Positions 51,061 to 62,562 of a DNA stretch of 64,000 nt are shown here, one piece after another. A model generated the notes under the pieces. The model saw only the letters and a program-made list of their open reading frames with translations. It did no database searches and had not been told where the DNA came from. Origin of the DNA: Nitrospirota bacterium (lineage in GTDB: Bacteria; Nitrospirota; Nitrospiria; Nitrospirales; NS-4); assembly GCA_963788195.1 (NCBI GenBank), contig CAWBGA010000001.1, positions 288,001-352,000 of the forward strand, in the 5' to 3' direction. Numbering within the stretch: position 1 is the stretch's first letter; each line of letters begins with the position of its first letter. The translations under genes were made by a program, and so were the position numbers.

Positions 51061-51852
51061 ATGAGAGTCGGCTACCTTCAATTTAATCCAACCTTCGGGG
51101 AGACCAAACGGAACCTGGATTTTGTCGCTGATCACGTCCGGCGGGCGGAGTGTGATCTGCTGGTCTTGCCGGAGTTATTCACCACCGGCTATCAGTTCAT
51201 CTCTGAACAGGAGGCCGCGTCCCTGGCGGAAGACATCCCGGCCGGGCCTACGACAGAGCGTCTCTTGAATCTCGCCGCAACCTATCGGATGCATATCGTG
51301 GCCGGCCTTGCGGAGCGTGCACAGGGCCGGATCTACAACTCCGCGATCCTGGTCGGCCCATCCGGCGTGCTCGGCGTGTATCGGAAGATCCATCTCTATG
51401 CCGAAGAGAATCTTTGGTTTACACCCGGCGACAAGGGCTTCCCCGTGTACGACATCGGTTCGGCGCGCATCGGCCTGATGGTCTGCTTTGACTGGTTCTA
51501 TCCGGAGTCTGTGCGGACGTTGGCGCTCAAGGGCGCCGACATTGTCGCGCATCCGTCAAACCTTGTGCTACCGCACTGCCCGGACGCGATGATCACCCGT
51601 TGCCTGGAAAACCGAGTGTTCGCCGTCACTTGCAATCGGATTGGATCAGAGGAACGGGGCGGGAAGGAGAAGCTCAGCTTCATCGGCACGAGCGAGATCG
51701 TCAGTCCCACGGGGAAGATCCTCAAGCGGGCGAGGAGATGCCAGGTGGAGCTTGGAGTCGTAGACATCGATCCCACCGAAGCGCGCGACAAGAAGATCAA
51801 TTCCTACAATGACCTCCTGGCCGGCCGTCGACCCGCGCACTATTCCTCATAG
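51061..51852 (+). CDS. Carbon-nitrogen hydrolase (nitrilase superfamily)
   Basis: LPELFTTGY, YRKIHL and MVCFDWFYPE (Glu-Lys-Cys triad). Confidence 0.92.
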   Translation: MRVGYLQFNPTFGETKRNLDFVADHVRRAECDLLVLPELFTTGYQFISEQEAASLAEDIPAGPTTERLLNLAATYRMHIVAGLAERAQGRIYNSAILVGPSGVLGVYRKIHLYAEENLWFTPGDKGFPVYDIGSARIGLMVCFDWFYPESVRTLALKGADIVAHPSNLVLPHCPDAMITRCLENRVFAVTCNRIGSEERGGKEKLSFIGTSEIVSPTGKILKRARRCQVELGVVDIDPTEARDKKINSYNDLLAGRRPAHYSS

Positions 51853-51866
51853 CCGTCTCACGCACG

Positions 51867-52799
51867 GTGGCCTCACCAATCTCCACCGTCTCAGATCAGC
51901 GTTCGAGCCAACTTGCTTTGCCGGCTGCCTATTTCGCGCTGACAACTGCGGCAATGGTGTGGGGTGGCTCCATCGTGCTCCAAAAGTTCGCGCTGCGCTA
52001 CTTTTCTCCGATCGAAGTCTCCGTTCTGCGTGGAGCGGGGGCGCTGTTGATTCTGGTGCCGCTGTGGTGGTGGCAAGAGAGGCGAGCCGTCAGGTTCACG
52101 GCTCGGGACGCAGGGGTGTTAGCCGCGCTGTCCCTGGGAGTGCTCGGAAACCATATCCTGACGCTATTGGGGCTTCGCTACATTGGCGCCGGGGCCGCGG
52201 GCATCATTATTGGAGCGTGCCCGGTGATCACGGCCCTCCTGTCGTCTCTTTTCATTCGCGACGTCCCGTTGCGTTCGGTGATCGGAGGTTGCGCGGTTTC
52301 ATTTGCCGGCGTGGCACTGATCGCCGGCGCTGAGCAAACAAATGTCGGAAGCGCCCCATGGCTGGGGGGCATGTTAATTCTGATGGGGCTCTGTGAGCTG
52401 GGCGCTTTACACTATTGGAAGCCGGCGTCTCATGGAGCGCTTCTCCCCGCTGACGGTCAACTGGACGACATTGGCGTTCTCGCTCATCCCGCAGCTGGCT
52501 TTGTTGGGTCTGGATCAAAAGGCGCAGGTATACGGCTTCGACAGCGTCCCGGTTTCCGGGTGGTTGGCGCTTTGTCTATCTGATGCTGTTCGCGACGGCG
52601 CTCGGTCAACAAGCCTGGCTGTATGGCGTGAAGGGTGTCGGGACCATCCCGAGCCGGCGTCTTTGTAAATTTGATTCCCGTGTCGGCGCTTGCTCTGTCC
52701 GCACTGATCCTCAGCGAACCGCTCGGAGCACGGGAAATCACGGGCATCGGACTGATTCTTGCCGGCGTGTGGTTAGTAAATTATCAGTCCCGGAGATAA
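51867..52799 (+). CDS. DMT/EamA family transporter (apparent frameshifts)
   Basis: Repeated TM helices (VWGGS, GLRYIGAG, PVITALLS; SWALYT; FVNLIPV) across three frames. Confidence 0.85.
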
Positions 52800-53519
52800 A
52801 TGTTGACGGCATTGCATGAAGTGAGGGACCGGTTGCAGCGCGCTCGCGCGGTAGTCGTGCTGACCGGCGCGGGTATTTCTGCCGACAGTGGGGTGCCGAC
52901 ATTCCGTGGGCAGGACGGCCTGTGGCGGAATTTCCGGGCCGAGGACCTTGCCACGCCAGAGGCGTTTTCCAGAGACCCGCGGACGGTCTGGGAGTGGTAC
53001 GACTGGCGCCGCGGCCTTCTTGCCACGAAACACCCGAACCCGGCGCATTACGCATTGGCAGAACTCGAAGGCCGTTATGAGCGGTTTGCGTTGATCACTC
53101 AGAACGTGGACGGCCTACATGCTCTGGCCGGATCGAAGGCGTTGGTGGAACTGCACGGCAATATCTGGAAGGTCCGATGCACGGAGTGTGGTCAGGTGCG
53201 TATGAACCGCGAGGTGCCCATCACCCTGCTTCCGTTGTGCCTGGAGTGTGCTGGGTTATTGAGGCCTCATATCGTCTGGTTCGGCGAGTCGCTGAATCCC
53301 GACGATCTCGCGCAGAGCCAAGCTGCGTTATTGCGTTGCGATCTGCTGCTGATCGTCGGGACTTCCGGTGTGGTGTATCCAGCCGCGTCATTTGCTTCGG
53401 TTGCGAGCGCTGCCGGCGCCTTTGTGGTTGAGGTCAATCTTGATCCCAAACCCCACACCCCACAGGTTGATGTCTCTCTCCAGGGCCGGGCAAAAGACCT
53501 GATTCCGCAGCTGTTATGA
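52800..53519 (+). CDS. cobB: NAD-dependent protein deacylase (sirtuin)
   Basis: LTGAGISADSGVPTFRG, ITQNVDGLH, ELHGNI, CTEC...CLEC, RPHIVWFGE and GTSGVVYPAA. Confidence 0.95.
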   Translation: MLTALHEVRDRLQRARAVVVLTGAGISADSGVPTFRGQDGLWRNFRAEDLATPEAFSRDPRTVWEWYDWRRGLLATKHPNPAHYALAELEGRYERFALITQNVDGLHALAGSKALVELHGNIWKVRCTECGQVRMNREVPITLLPLCLECAGLLRPHIVWFGESLNPDDLAQSQAALLRCDLLLIVGTSGVVYPAASFASVASAAGAFVVEVNLDPKPHTPQVDVSLQGRAKDLIPQLL

Positions 53520-53544
53520 ATGACGGGAGATCACATGCGTCGTT

Positions 53545-53937
53545 TCACTCAACTTGGATCCTTGCCTGCGTGTTGACTTCCCCGCCGGGAAGGGGGGAGT
53601 CCATCCGGACGTGATATTTCACCTCGCCGGCTTTACTGAAACAAATGCTCGCCGTTTGACCGGCGGCAATGACCGCGGTCCCATCATCGGAAAATCCTCT
53701 GAGACATGACAGGATGTCCTTCCTCGTGTCCAACAGCACCACTTTAACGGGCGCGAGCCGACGATTGATCCATCGGACTTCGTCCCCGGGACGTGCGCGT
53801 GCAATCTCCGGCGACACGTTGGCCTCGATCTGAACATCTCTGATTTCGCCAGTCCTCGTCGTCTCTGGCAAGGTTGTACAACCACCGATGATGATTGCCG
53901 TCCCGACGACTACAACGAGATTTTTGTAAGTCTGCAC
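53545..53937 (-). CDS. Lipoprotein with cupredoxin-like fold
   Basis: Lipobox IGGC, PGDEVRWIN and ASICFSKAGEVKYHV; SD AGGAGG upstream. Confidence 0.65.
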   Translation of the reverse strand: MQTYKNLVVVVGTAIIIGGCTTLPETTRTGEIRDVQIEANVSPEIARARPGDEVRWINRRLAPVKVVLLDTRKDILSCLRGFSDDGTAVIAAGQTASICFSKAGEVKYHVRMDSPLPGGEVNTQARIQVE

Positions 53938-54201
53938 GATTCCCTCCTTTTCATGTGGCTTGCGTTTCGACTGCAGTATAACAATTTTCTGGGGTCAAAC
54001 AAAGAGACACTACGTCGCAAGGTTTAAGAAACTTTCTTCGGGCACGCCCTCCGGAGCGACTGTTGACGTGTGCTGAGACCTGTATCACATGCGACGCCCA
54101 TTCGTATCACTTCGGATAGCGCGACGTTCACGGGGAGGACCTGAGCGAACACAAACGCAAGGAACACATCGGCAGAATCGAGCAATGAGCGGCTTAGCCG
54201 C

Positions 54202-54217
54202 TGGCATACGGCTTGCA
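54202..54217 (+). promoter_or_regulatory. Sigma54 (-24/-12) promoter
   Basis: TGGCATACGGCTTGCA matches TGGCAC-N5-TTGCA spacing, ~50 nt upstream of a small ORF. Confidence 0.65.
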
Positions 54218-54268
54218 CAGCTTAGGAGCAGGACCAAGACACTCTGCAAGACAAAGGAGGTGAGTAAA

Positions 54269-54415
54269 ATGGCATGGGGAATAATGATGACGGCTATGAT
54301 GCTGTTTGGAATGCTGGGGCTGGCGATGTTTGAAGTGACGACCGTCCATGAGGCGTCGACGAAACCCGATGTCGATCACGATGCCGACACGGAAGAAGTG
54401 AAGAAGGCGGCATAG
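54269..54415 (+). CDS. Small single-TM protein (48 aa) ending in KKAA
   Basis: Strong SD AAGGAGGTG, hydrophobic N-terminal helix and acidic tail. Confidence 0.7.
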   Translation: MAWGIMMTAMMLFGMLGLAMFEVTTVHEASTKPDVDHDADTEEVKKAA

Positions 54416-54435
54416 GGGTGGAGCCGGTTTGAGCC

Positions 54436-57188
54436 TTATTGCTTGGCTAAATCTTCCAGGACGAGGCGCATTCTTCGAAGCTCGTCTCCATAGCGGCTCC
54501 AGTCCTGCTCTTTCAACGCCGCTTGCGCCTTGTTGAAATGATCCAGAGCCTCCTGGGCCAGCGCCGAAGTGGGGGGTGGCCGCGAGGGTTGACCACCCCG
54601 GCCGCAGGGGCGATGGCAGTGGCGACGGCTGTCTCCTTGATCGTCGCGGTCGCCGCGCGTCCGAAGATTCCTTCCAAGGCAGCTTCCAGATTCGGCGCCA
54701 TATTGAGTTGATTGCCGTATGCGACGATCACGCGTCGTAGCTCCGGCAGCGCTCCCTCCGACGCCGACAGATAGAGAGGTTGAACGTACAACAACGCATC
54801 TTCGATAGGAATCGCGAGCAAACTTCCGCGGATGACCTGAGAGCCGCGTTGACTCCATAGCGTGATCTGCTGAGAGATCGCCGAGTCCTGGTCGATTCGA
54901 GCTTCGACCTGCCGGGGCCCATAGACCAGCTTTTGTTTGGGGAACAGATACACGATCAACTTGCCGTAATTCGGAGCGTCAGAACGGGCGGCGAGCCAGG
55001 CGGCCATGTTGTCGCGTTTTGCGGGGGTAAACGGAACCAACAGGATGAATTCCTCCTTCCGTTCTTTCTCCGTGCCGGTCTTCGGGAGCCGCATGATGGT
55101 GTAGTACGGCTCCATGTCCTTGTCGTTTTTCTTCGGGATGTTCCAAAGATCTTCCTTGTTGTAGAAACTTTGCGGGTCCTGCATGTGGTAGGTCGCGAAG
55201 ACGTGCGACTGGATATTGAACAAGTCTTGGGGATACCGCAGATGCGCTTTGAGGTCTTCCGGCATGTCCGTCAAGGGCTTGAGGAGCCCCGGAAAGATCT
55301 TTTGATAGGCCTGCACCAGCGGGTCGTGAGGATCGCTGATGTACAGATTCACCGATCCGTCATAGGCGTCCACTGAAGCTTTCACCGAGTTTCGGATGTA
55401 GTTGCCGATCCGGCCGACGGGTTGTGCATAAGGAAAGCGGTCCGTGGTGGTATACCCGTCAACGAGCCACACGAGTCGTCCATCCTTGGTTATGACCAGA
55501 TAGGAGTCTTCATCAAGCCGGAGAAACGGCGCGACTTTCGCCACCCGTTGCCGAATCTGTCGATTGTAAAGAATGCGTGAGTCGCTCGTAATATCGTTGG
55601 AGAGGATGATCTTGAGACTCCCGAAGTAGGCGGCGAAAAGGAGTTTGCGGGGAAAAGACAGGCCCGAGACCCCTCCAGGTCCCGAATAGGTCGACATCAC
55701 ATTTTTTTCGCCTGACGGGTAATCGAACTCGGCGGCTTTTGTTCGCACGAAGACGTAATCGTTCGGGATCTCTCCGAAATAAATCTCCGGACGTGTCACC
55801 TTCAGATCGATGGTCGAGATCGGCGGAATATCGCGAATAAAAAATTCCGGCAAGCCTTCCGCTGAGATCCGGTTTACCGGACCAAGAGCGACGCCGTACC
55901 CATGGGTATAGGTGAGATGCTCATTGATCCAAATACGGCTCGGCAGATTCCGGTACGCCAGTTCCCGCGGCGAGAGCATGATCTGCCGGTATTCTCCATT
56001 GATGAAGTAGCGATCATTATCGACATCGACAAAATCGTAGTACGTCCGGATCTGTTGGAGCTGCTTGTACGTGGCGAGCAGGGGCCGATGATCCCACAGC
56101 CGCACGTTCTTGATCGTCAGATGATTGCGGGCGATATCCTCTGCCGCCAGTTCCTGCTTCGCGGGGAAAAGCTCCTCCTGAATATCCGCCACGCCAAAGC
56201 CAAGACGAGTCAATTCGATGTTGTGCTGGATGTAGGGCCGCTCCATGGCGCTCTCATTGGGGACGACCTGAAAGCGATGGATGAATTCAGGATAGAGTCC
56301 CAAGCCGACCGTGCCGACAAGAACGGTCAGCGCCGTCACGATCACTGCCGGCCGCCAGATCCCGCGCACCGCAAAAATGAGAAAAGTCAGTGCGGCCAGC
56401 GCGCAGAGGACGACCAGGCTCTTGAGAATGGGGAGGGCCGCGTGAACATCGGCATAGACCGCGCCGAACACCACGCCACGTCGCGAGTAGAGCAGGTCGT
56501 AAGCGTCAAGGTGGTACCCCCAGGCTTTAAGTCCGGCAAGTATGGCCAGGAGCATCCCCAGGTGCCGTCGCGCGAAACTCTCCATATGCACGGTACGCCG
56601 TGCAACCACGATCGCCTGTGTCATGAGGTACACGGTCAGCACCGCAGCGGTGGTGAGGAGAACCAGGCCCATGAGCCAGTCCTGCATGTACGTAAGGAAC
56701 GGCAACCGAAAAACGTAAAATGCGAGGTCCTCGCCGAAAAGCGGGTCGTTGCGCCCGAACGGCATGGCGTTCCGGTAAAGTAAGTATTCCTCCCAATGGG
56801 CGGCTCCCCCCAGCGCAGCTACGAGGGCGAACACGAGTGAAGCGCCGCCGACGATCTGAAACAGACGCGCCCTGACCGGTTCAGCAAAGCGCAGCAGCAA
56901 CAGGCTTTCCATCGTGCCCCAATAGCGGGTCGGTTGATGCCGACCGGCCAGGAGCACATTGGCAAAGAACACTGCGAAGAAAATGAGGCCGAAAGCGCCC
57001 CCGACGAAGAGCTGAGAGGATAAGAGGGTTACAAAGACCGGACGATAACCCACTTCTCCGAACCAGAGCCAATCCACATACAGGGCCAGGGAATTTGCGA
57101 GGGAAAGGACAAGTAAGAGGAACAGAGCGGCGATTAATCCAAGGCGGCCAGTGCTCACGGTCGAAAGAGACTCGGCGGGATGCGTCAC
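54436..57188 (-). CDS. UPF0182 family membrane protein (apparent frameshift near the C-terminus)
   Basis: DWLWF, DPLFG.DLAFYVFRLPF, NVRLWD, YYDFVDVDNDRY, HLTYTHGYG and NYIRNSVKA. Confidence 0.93.
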
Positions 57189-57691
57189 TGACTCAGCACG
57201 CCCGCAGGAATGCCCGCCTTGCGCGCTTCATCGGGGATGGTGGTCGAGAGCGCATGCTCTTTCTCGCTGATTTGCTCGTCGAGTTCGGCAAGCTTTGCGC
57301 GATGTCTGGCATCCACTTCGGGATCAGCGAAGAGTTTCCCAAAACGCTCCCCTCTGAGGGTATCGTATTCTTTCTGAGCGATGTCCCGTTGAGTCTTGAG
57401 CTGCTCGAGGTCCTCGCGCGTCCTGTTCATGCGATCCCGCCATACTGCATATATCTCCTCGGAGTCGCCCGGAGGAGGGCTGGCGATGCCGCGCGGGATC
57501 AGAAGGGACAGTTTGAAAAGTCTTTCGAGCGGGGAGCGCTGGGATTTGCCGTCCACGCGGCGGGCCGATTCCCGATATTGCGGCGGGACTTTCTGGAGAC
57601 TGTCGGCATATCCGACGTTGCCGTTCTTATCGGTCCAGCGGTAGGTTTCCGCGAGCGCTGAAGTGGACGCGCTCACCACAATCAGAGTCAC
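57185..57691 (-). CDS. DUF4124 domain protein (start uncertain)
   Basis: ETYRWTDKNGNVGYADS..VPPQYR followed by a coiled coil. Confidence 0.75.
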   Translation of the reverse strand: MTLIVVSASTSALAETYRWTDKNGNVGYADSLQKVPPQYRESARRVDGKSQRSPLERLFKLSLLIPRGIASPPPGDSEEIYAVWRDRMNRTREDLEQLKTQRDIAQKEYDTLRGERFGKLFADPEVDARHRAKLAELDEQISEKEHALSTTIPDEARKAGIPAGVLSQ

Positions 57692-57846
57692 GGCATGAGA
57701 ACTTTAGCTGGAAGTTCGGATATTCCTGGCGATCACAAATTGCACACCTATTTCTGGCTATTCTAGCCTTGCTTTTCATTGAAAAACAAGCTGAAATAGC
57801 TTTCGGACGCAGTCGTGACATGCGTCAATGCACATTGCCAGGACCC

Positions 57847-58229
57847 ATGAGTGAGGAGTCGCTGCGATCAAAATTCTCGTCGGGGCAGTGACGTTGGATG
57901 CTGAACTGAAATCGACACGGACGGCAAAGGCCATTTACGATCTCCTGCCCGTGGAGGCCGCCATGAATGCGTGGGGGGACGAATTTTACTTCAAAATTCC
58001 ATTGATCAAGGATCATCGTGAGACGGCGACCCTGAAGGTGGCTGTCGGGGATATCGCCTACTGGGGAAACGGCCAATCGATCGCGATCTTTTTCGGCCGA
58101 ACCCCGGTGAGCACCGGAACGGACCCGGTGCCCGCGGACCGGGTCAACATTGTCGGAAAAATCAAAGGTGATGCGACCGTACTGAGAACCGCCACGGGGG
58201 CTTCTAGGATCAGAATGGAGAGGGGATGA
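57847..58229 (+). CDS. Cyclophilin-like fold protein (TM1367/DUF369-like; apparent N-terminal frameshift)
   Basis: TAKAIYDLLP, WGDEFYF and GDIAYWGNGQSIAIFFGRTP. Confidence 0.85.
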
Positions 58230-58507
58230 GACTATCTCCGGAGCGCGTCGCCGGTCTGGCCGGGCTCCTGGTAGACAAATTGGTCGCCGCCCACATGCTG
58301 GATCCCATCCTGGAGCGAAAGGCTCTGGTCACCTCATTGGAACATGTCATGGTCCACGAATTGAGTGTCGAGGATCGCATCAATGCGGAGGCGAAGGAAC
58401 TGATGCGACAGCATAATGATGAGATCGCGAAAGGCCAACTCGACGAGCATCAGCTGTTCCAGATGATCAAAAAACAGCTTGTCCGGGATAGGAATGTCAT
58501 TCTCTAG
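58226..58507 (+). CDS. DUF507 family protein
   Basis: MRLSPERV, EDRINAEAKEL and LFQMIKKQLVRDRNVIL. Confidence 0.8.
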   Translation: MRLSPERVAGLAGLLVDKLVAAHMLDPILERKALVTSLEHVMVHELSVEDRINAEAKELMRQHNDEIAKGQLDEHQLFQMIKKQLVRDRNVIL

Positions 58508-58698
58508 GGGAAAAGAAATCTGTCCCACGGGACAAGGCGCTGTCCAGGGGGTCAAACGGCATGTCTAGGCATGCCGGGGGCAGGGTGGGTGCAATGTCGG
58601 CGGCCGGGGGGTGGTGGGTGAAATAAGATTCCAGGGTGGGTGGGTGTCAGGGGCAAAGGGATGCGTCTTGGCGCATCCCAGGAGTGGGCGGGTGTTAT
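58505..58698 (+). repeat. Triple-nested plus one tandem G-rich hairpin element
   Basis: Outer copy 58505-58649, middle 58527-58624, inner 58546-58595 (GGCATGT-CTAG-GCATGCC) and tandem copy ~58649-58698 (GGGATGCGT-CTTG-GCGCATCCC). Confidence 0.85.
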
Positions 58699-58976
58699 GG
58701 TCTTGAGCGAAGAGAAGATCAGCCATCTTTCGCATCTTATTTTAAATCATCTGAAAGCTCCTGGGCATGCCCGCTTCAAGGTTGAGGAGGCGGTGGTCGC
58801 TGCGTGAGATTAAACGAGTCTTGGCCGGCGAACTGAAAGCTGAAGAGGAGGCGGACATGGTGGTACGACGGCGGCTTGCCTCCTACTCCAAACCGCTGGC
58901 GGAGGGGACCACGGAATGGGAGACCCTCTATCGCAAGGCATTTGAAGAGGAGATGCGCAAACGCAAGAAGGTGTAA
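58697..58976 (+). CDS. Second DUF507 family protein (apparent frameshift)
   Basis: MVLSEEKISHLSHLIL, then LREIKRVL...VRRRLASYSKPLAEGTTEWETLYRK. Confidence 0.78.
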
Positions 58977-59030
58977 GCTATACTATAGGAACACGACGGA
59001 CCGCGACATCATGCAGCCGGAGATGAGTCA

Positions 59031-60477
59031 ATGCCTGATATGAAACCAGATAAGCAGTATCTCGAGGAATTCGGCATCACCGGCCACGAGGTGCAGACCG
59101 TAATGGGCAAAGTGAAGGTCCGCGATGTGGACTATGCGGATTTGTACTTTGAGCATACCGTCGCCGAGTCCGTTTCCATGGAAGAGAGCCTCGTGAAACG
59201 CGCCTCCAAGAGCATCTCGCAAGGCGTCGGCGTGCGAGCGACGGCTGGTGAAAAGACCGGCTATGCGTATAGCGACGAGATCAGCCTTTCCCAATTGGAA
59301 CAGGCCGCCGATACCGCCCGGTATATTGCCCGTTCACCGGCTGGGGAAGGCCAGGTTCCCGCCGTGCGGGTGGGGCGGCCCTCTCAGGATCTCTATCCGG
59401 TGGGTCAGCCCGCCACAGAAGTTGATACCGCAGGAGAAGGTTGCGCTGCTGCAGAAAATTGATGCCCTGGCGCGTGCCTACGATCCCCGAATCAAGAATG
59501 TCATGGCCTCGTTCACCACCGAATATAAAGTGGTCATGGTCGCGAATTCGGAAGGCGAGATGGTGGGCGATGTGCAGCCGCTTTCCCGATTGCAGATTAC
59601 CTGCATTGCCGAGGAAAACGGCCTGCGACAGATGGGGACATACGGCGGCGGCGGGCGCTCCGACTTCGCATTCTTTTTTGAGGAAGGGCGATGGGAGCGT
59701 TACACGAGGGAAGCCGCCCGCCAGGCCATCCTGAATCTCTAGCGCGGGGGAGCTCCGGCCGGACCGATGACGGTCGTGCTGGGTGCGGGATGGCCGGGTA
59801 TTCTCTTGCACGAGGCGATCGGCCATGGGTTGGAGGCTGATTTCAATCGCAAGAAGACCTCGGCGTTTTCTGACCGCGTGGGTCAGCGGGTGGCCTCGGA
59901 TCTCTGCACGATCGTGGATGACGGCACGCTGCCATTTCGACGCGGATCCTTGAATGTGGATGACGAGGGCACGCCGACCAGCCGAACCGTGCTGATCGAG
60001 AACGGAATTCTTCGCGGGTACATCACGGATAAGCTGAATGCGCGGCTGATGGGGATTCCCCTGACCGGAAACGGCCGGCGGGAAAGTTTCCAGTGCATCC
60101 CCATGCCGCGGATGACGAATACCTTCATGTTGCCGGGGCAATCGGATCCGGAGGACATCATACGGTCGGTCAAGCGCGGGCTGTATGCCGTGTCCTTTGG
60201 CGGCGGGCAGGTGGATATCACCAACGGAAAGTTCGTCTTCTCGACCAGCGAGGCCTATTTGATCGAGGACGGCAAGGTCACACGGCCGGTCAAGGGGGCG
60301 ACCTTGATCGGCAGCGGCCCGGAGATTCTCAAGAAGGTCTCCATGGTAGGAAACGATATGCGGCTCGACGAAGGCATCGGCACATGCGGGAAGGATGGCC
60401 AGTCGGTGCCGGTCGGCGTGGGGCTGCCGACGATTAAGGTCGATGAGATCACCGTCGGCGGAACGCAAGTGGCATAA
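59031..60477 (+). CDS. tldD: Metalloprotease TldD (apparent indels near 59430 and 59740)
   Basis: [44 protein letters not shown] and [13 protein letters not shown]. Confidence 0.94.
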
Positions 60478-61818
60478 TGCGCATTGATCAGAATTTCACC
60501 GCAGATGTGATTGCAAGGGCACGAAAAAGAGGCGCTACCGCGGTTGATGTCGTGGCGGTCGAAGGCGACTCTGCTTCTGTGCAGATACGCCTCTCTGCCG
60601 TCGATAAGTTGTCGAAGGCGCAGGAGAAGCGCTTGGGCCTGCGGGTCTATTTCGGCCGGCGCTCTGCGGGGGGCTCGACGTCGGATTTTTCGCCGCCGGC
60701 GTTAGACGATCTGGTTGAGACCACCTGTGCGCTGGCTGAGGCGATCGTTGAAGATCCCGATGCGGGGCTTCCGGATCGCGCGAGCCTGGCGACGCGCCTG
60801 CCGGATCTGGATCTGTACGACCCCACCCCGATGTCCATGGACCAGATGATTGACCGGGCTACACGGGCTGAGCAGGCGGCGTTAGCGAGTGGACCCGCGG
60901 CTAAAGAATTCAGAAGGGGCGGAATTCGGGTACGTGACAGGCCGGACCGTGTTTGCCAACAGCCATGGGTTTTACGGGGACTTTCAAAGCTCGAATTTTT
61001 CATGTTCGGTGTCTCCCATTGCCGTTGAAGAGGGTCTGATGCAGCGGGACTACTGGTACTCGGTGGGGCGCAAGCTGTCGCTGTTGGATCCGCCTGACGC
61101 CATCGGGCGCGAGGCAGGACGGCGGACCGTTCGTAGACTCGGAGCGCGGAAGGTGTCGACGTGCCGGGTTCCGGTCGTCTTTGATTCCGAAATGGCGGGC
61201 AGCTTTTTGGGAAATCTCTGCAGCGCCGTGAACGGGTATGCGATCTATAAAGGCGCCTCTTATCTGATCGGCCGGTTGGGGGAACAGATCGCCGCCGCGT
61301 CCGTCACGATCATGGATGATGGCAGGATGACTCGGGGGCCTTGGCTCGAAGCCATTTGACGGGGAGGGACTTCCGACCCGCAAAACAGTCATGGTGGAGC
61401 GGGGCGTCTTAAAGTCCTATCTTCTGGACACCTATGCGGCTCGCAAGCTCGGGCTGTCCTCCACCGGAAATGCGTCCCGCAGCGTGGGGGAGGCGCCATC
61501 GGCGGGTGCGACGAATTTCTATCTGGCGCCGGGTGCGCGAGTCCCGAGCAGATTATTGGTTCAGTCAAGCGCGGTCTCTATGTGACGGAGTTGATCGGCT
61601 TTGGCATCAATATGGTGACAGGGGATTATTCACGTGGCGCGGTGGGATTCTGGATCGAAAATGGTGAGTTGGCGTATCCCGTAGAGGAAATCACGATCGC
61701 CGGCAACCTGAAAGACATGTGGCTGGGAGTGGAGATGATCGGCAATGATTTGGTCTTCCGTGGAAGAGTCGCAAGCCCGACCGTGAAGATCACGGAGATG
61801 ACGGTTGCAGGCGGGTAG
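60477..61818 (+). CDS. pmbA: TldE/PmbA family protein (several apparent frameshifts)
   Basis: LGLRVYFG, NSEGA, ANSHGF, MQRDYWY, FDGEG and TGDYSRGAVGFWIENGE...PVEEITIAGNL. Confidence 0.9.
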
Positions 61819-61838
61819 CGCGATCGGAAACGAGAGTC

Positions 61839-62560
61839 ATGGCGGCAGCTCGGCGAAAGGATCTGACTGACCGCATGGTCTCTTTTCCCGGTGAGGGAGT
61901 GACGATGGCCGGCTATATGGCGCGGCCACCGGCAAGGGCCGCACCCCGGCGATCATCGTCATCCAGGAATGGTGGGGCCTCAATGAGCACATCAAGGACA
62001 TCGCGCGGCGGTTCGCCCGCGAAGGGTATGTGGCGATCGCTCCGGACCTGTTTTCCAGGCTCGGGCATAAAGTGACAGCGGACTCCAATGAAGCCGGCAA
62101 ACTGATGCAGGCGCTTCAACAGGCCGATGGCTTGAAGGATCTCAATGCAACCGTGACTTACCTCAAAAGCCTCGACAGTGTCGATCCGAATCGCATCGGC
62201 GTCATCGGATTTTGCATGGGCGGATCGTATGCCCTGATGCTGCCGTGCACGACCCGGGAGATCAAGGCCGCCGTCCGTGTTTTACGGACAGGTCCCCGAT
62301 CCCGATGCGCCTGTAAAGAACCTGGCGGCGCCGATGCTCTATATTTACGGAGAGGACGATGGCTGGATCACCAAAGCGGATGTCGCAGCGACTGCGAGAC
62401 GCTCTGCGCAAATACAATAAGCCCGGAGAGGTAAAAACCTACCCGGGGTGCCCGCATGCGTTCTTCAATGACACGCGTAAGGAAGTCTACCGCCCGGCCG
62501 AAGCCGCAAGACGCGTGGAAGCGAACCCTGTCCTTCTTCCAACAACATCTTCAATCATAG
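61839..62560 (+). CDS. Dienelactone hydrolase family protein (apparent frameshifts)
   Basis: IVIQEWWGLNEHI, IAPDLF, GVIGFCMGG and YPGCPHAFFND. Confidence 0.9.
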
Positions 62561-62562
62561 CC

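Noticed and set aside
59740..59742. In-frame TAG in tldD as pyrrolysine or readthrough
   Set aside because: The local sequence reads naturally as LNL-SAGE-APAG with one extra and one missing base, and no pyl genes are seen.
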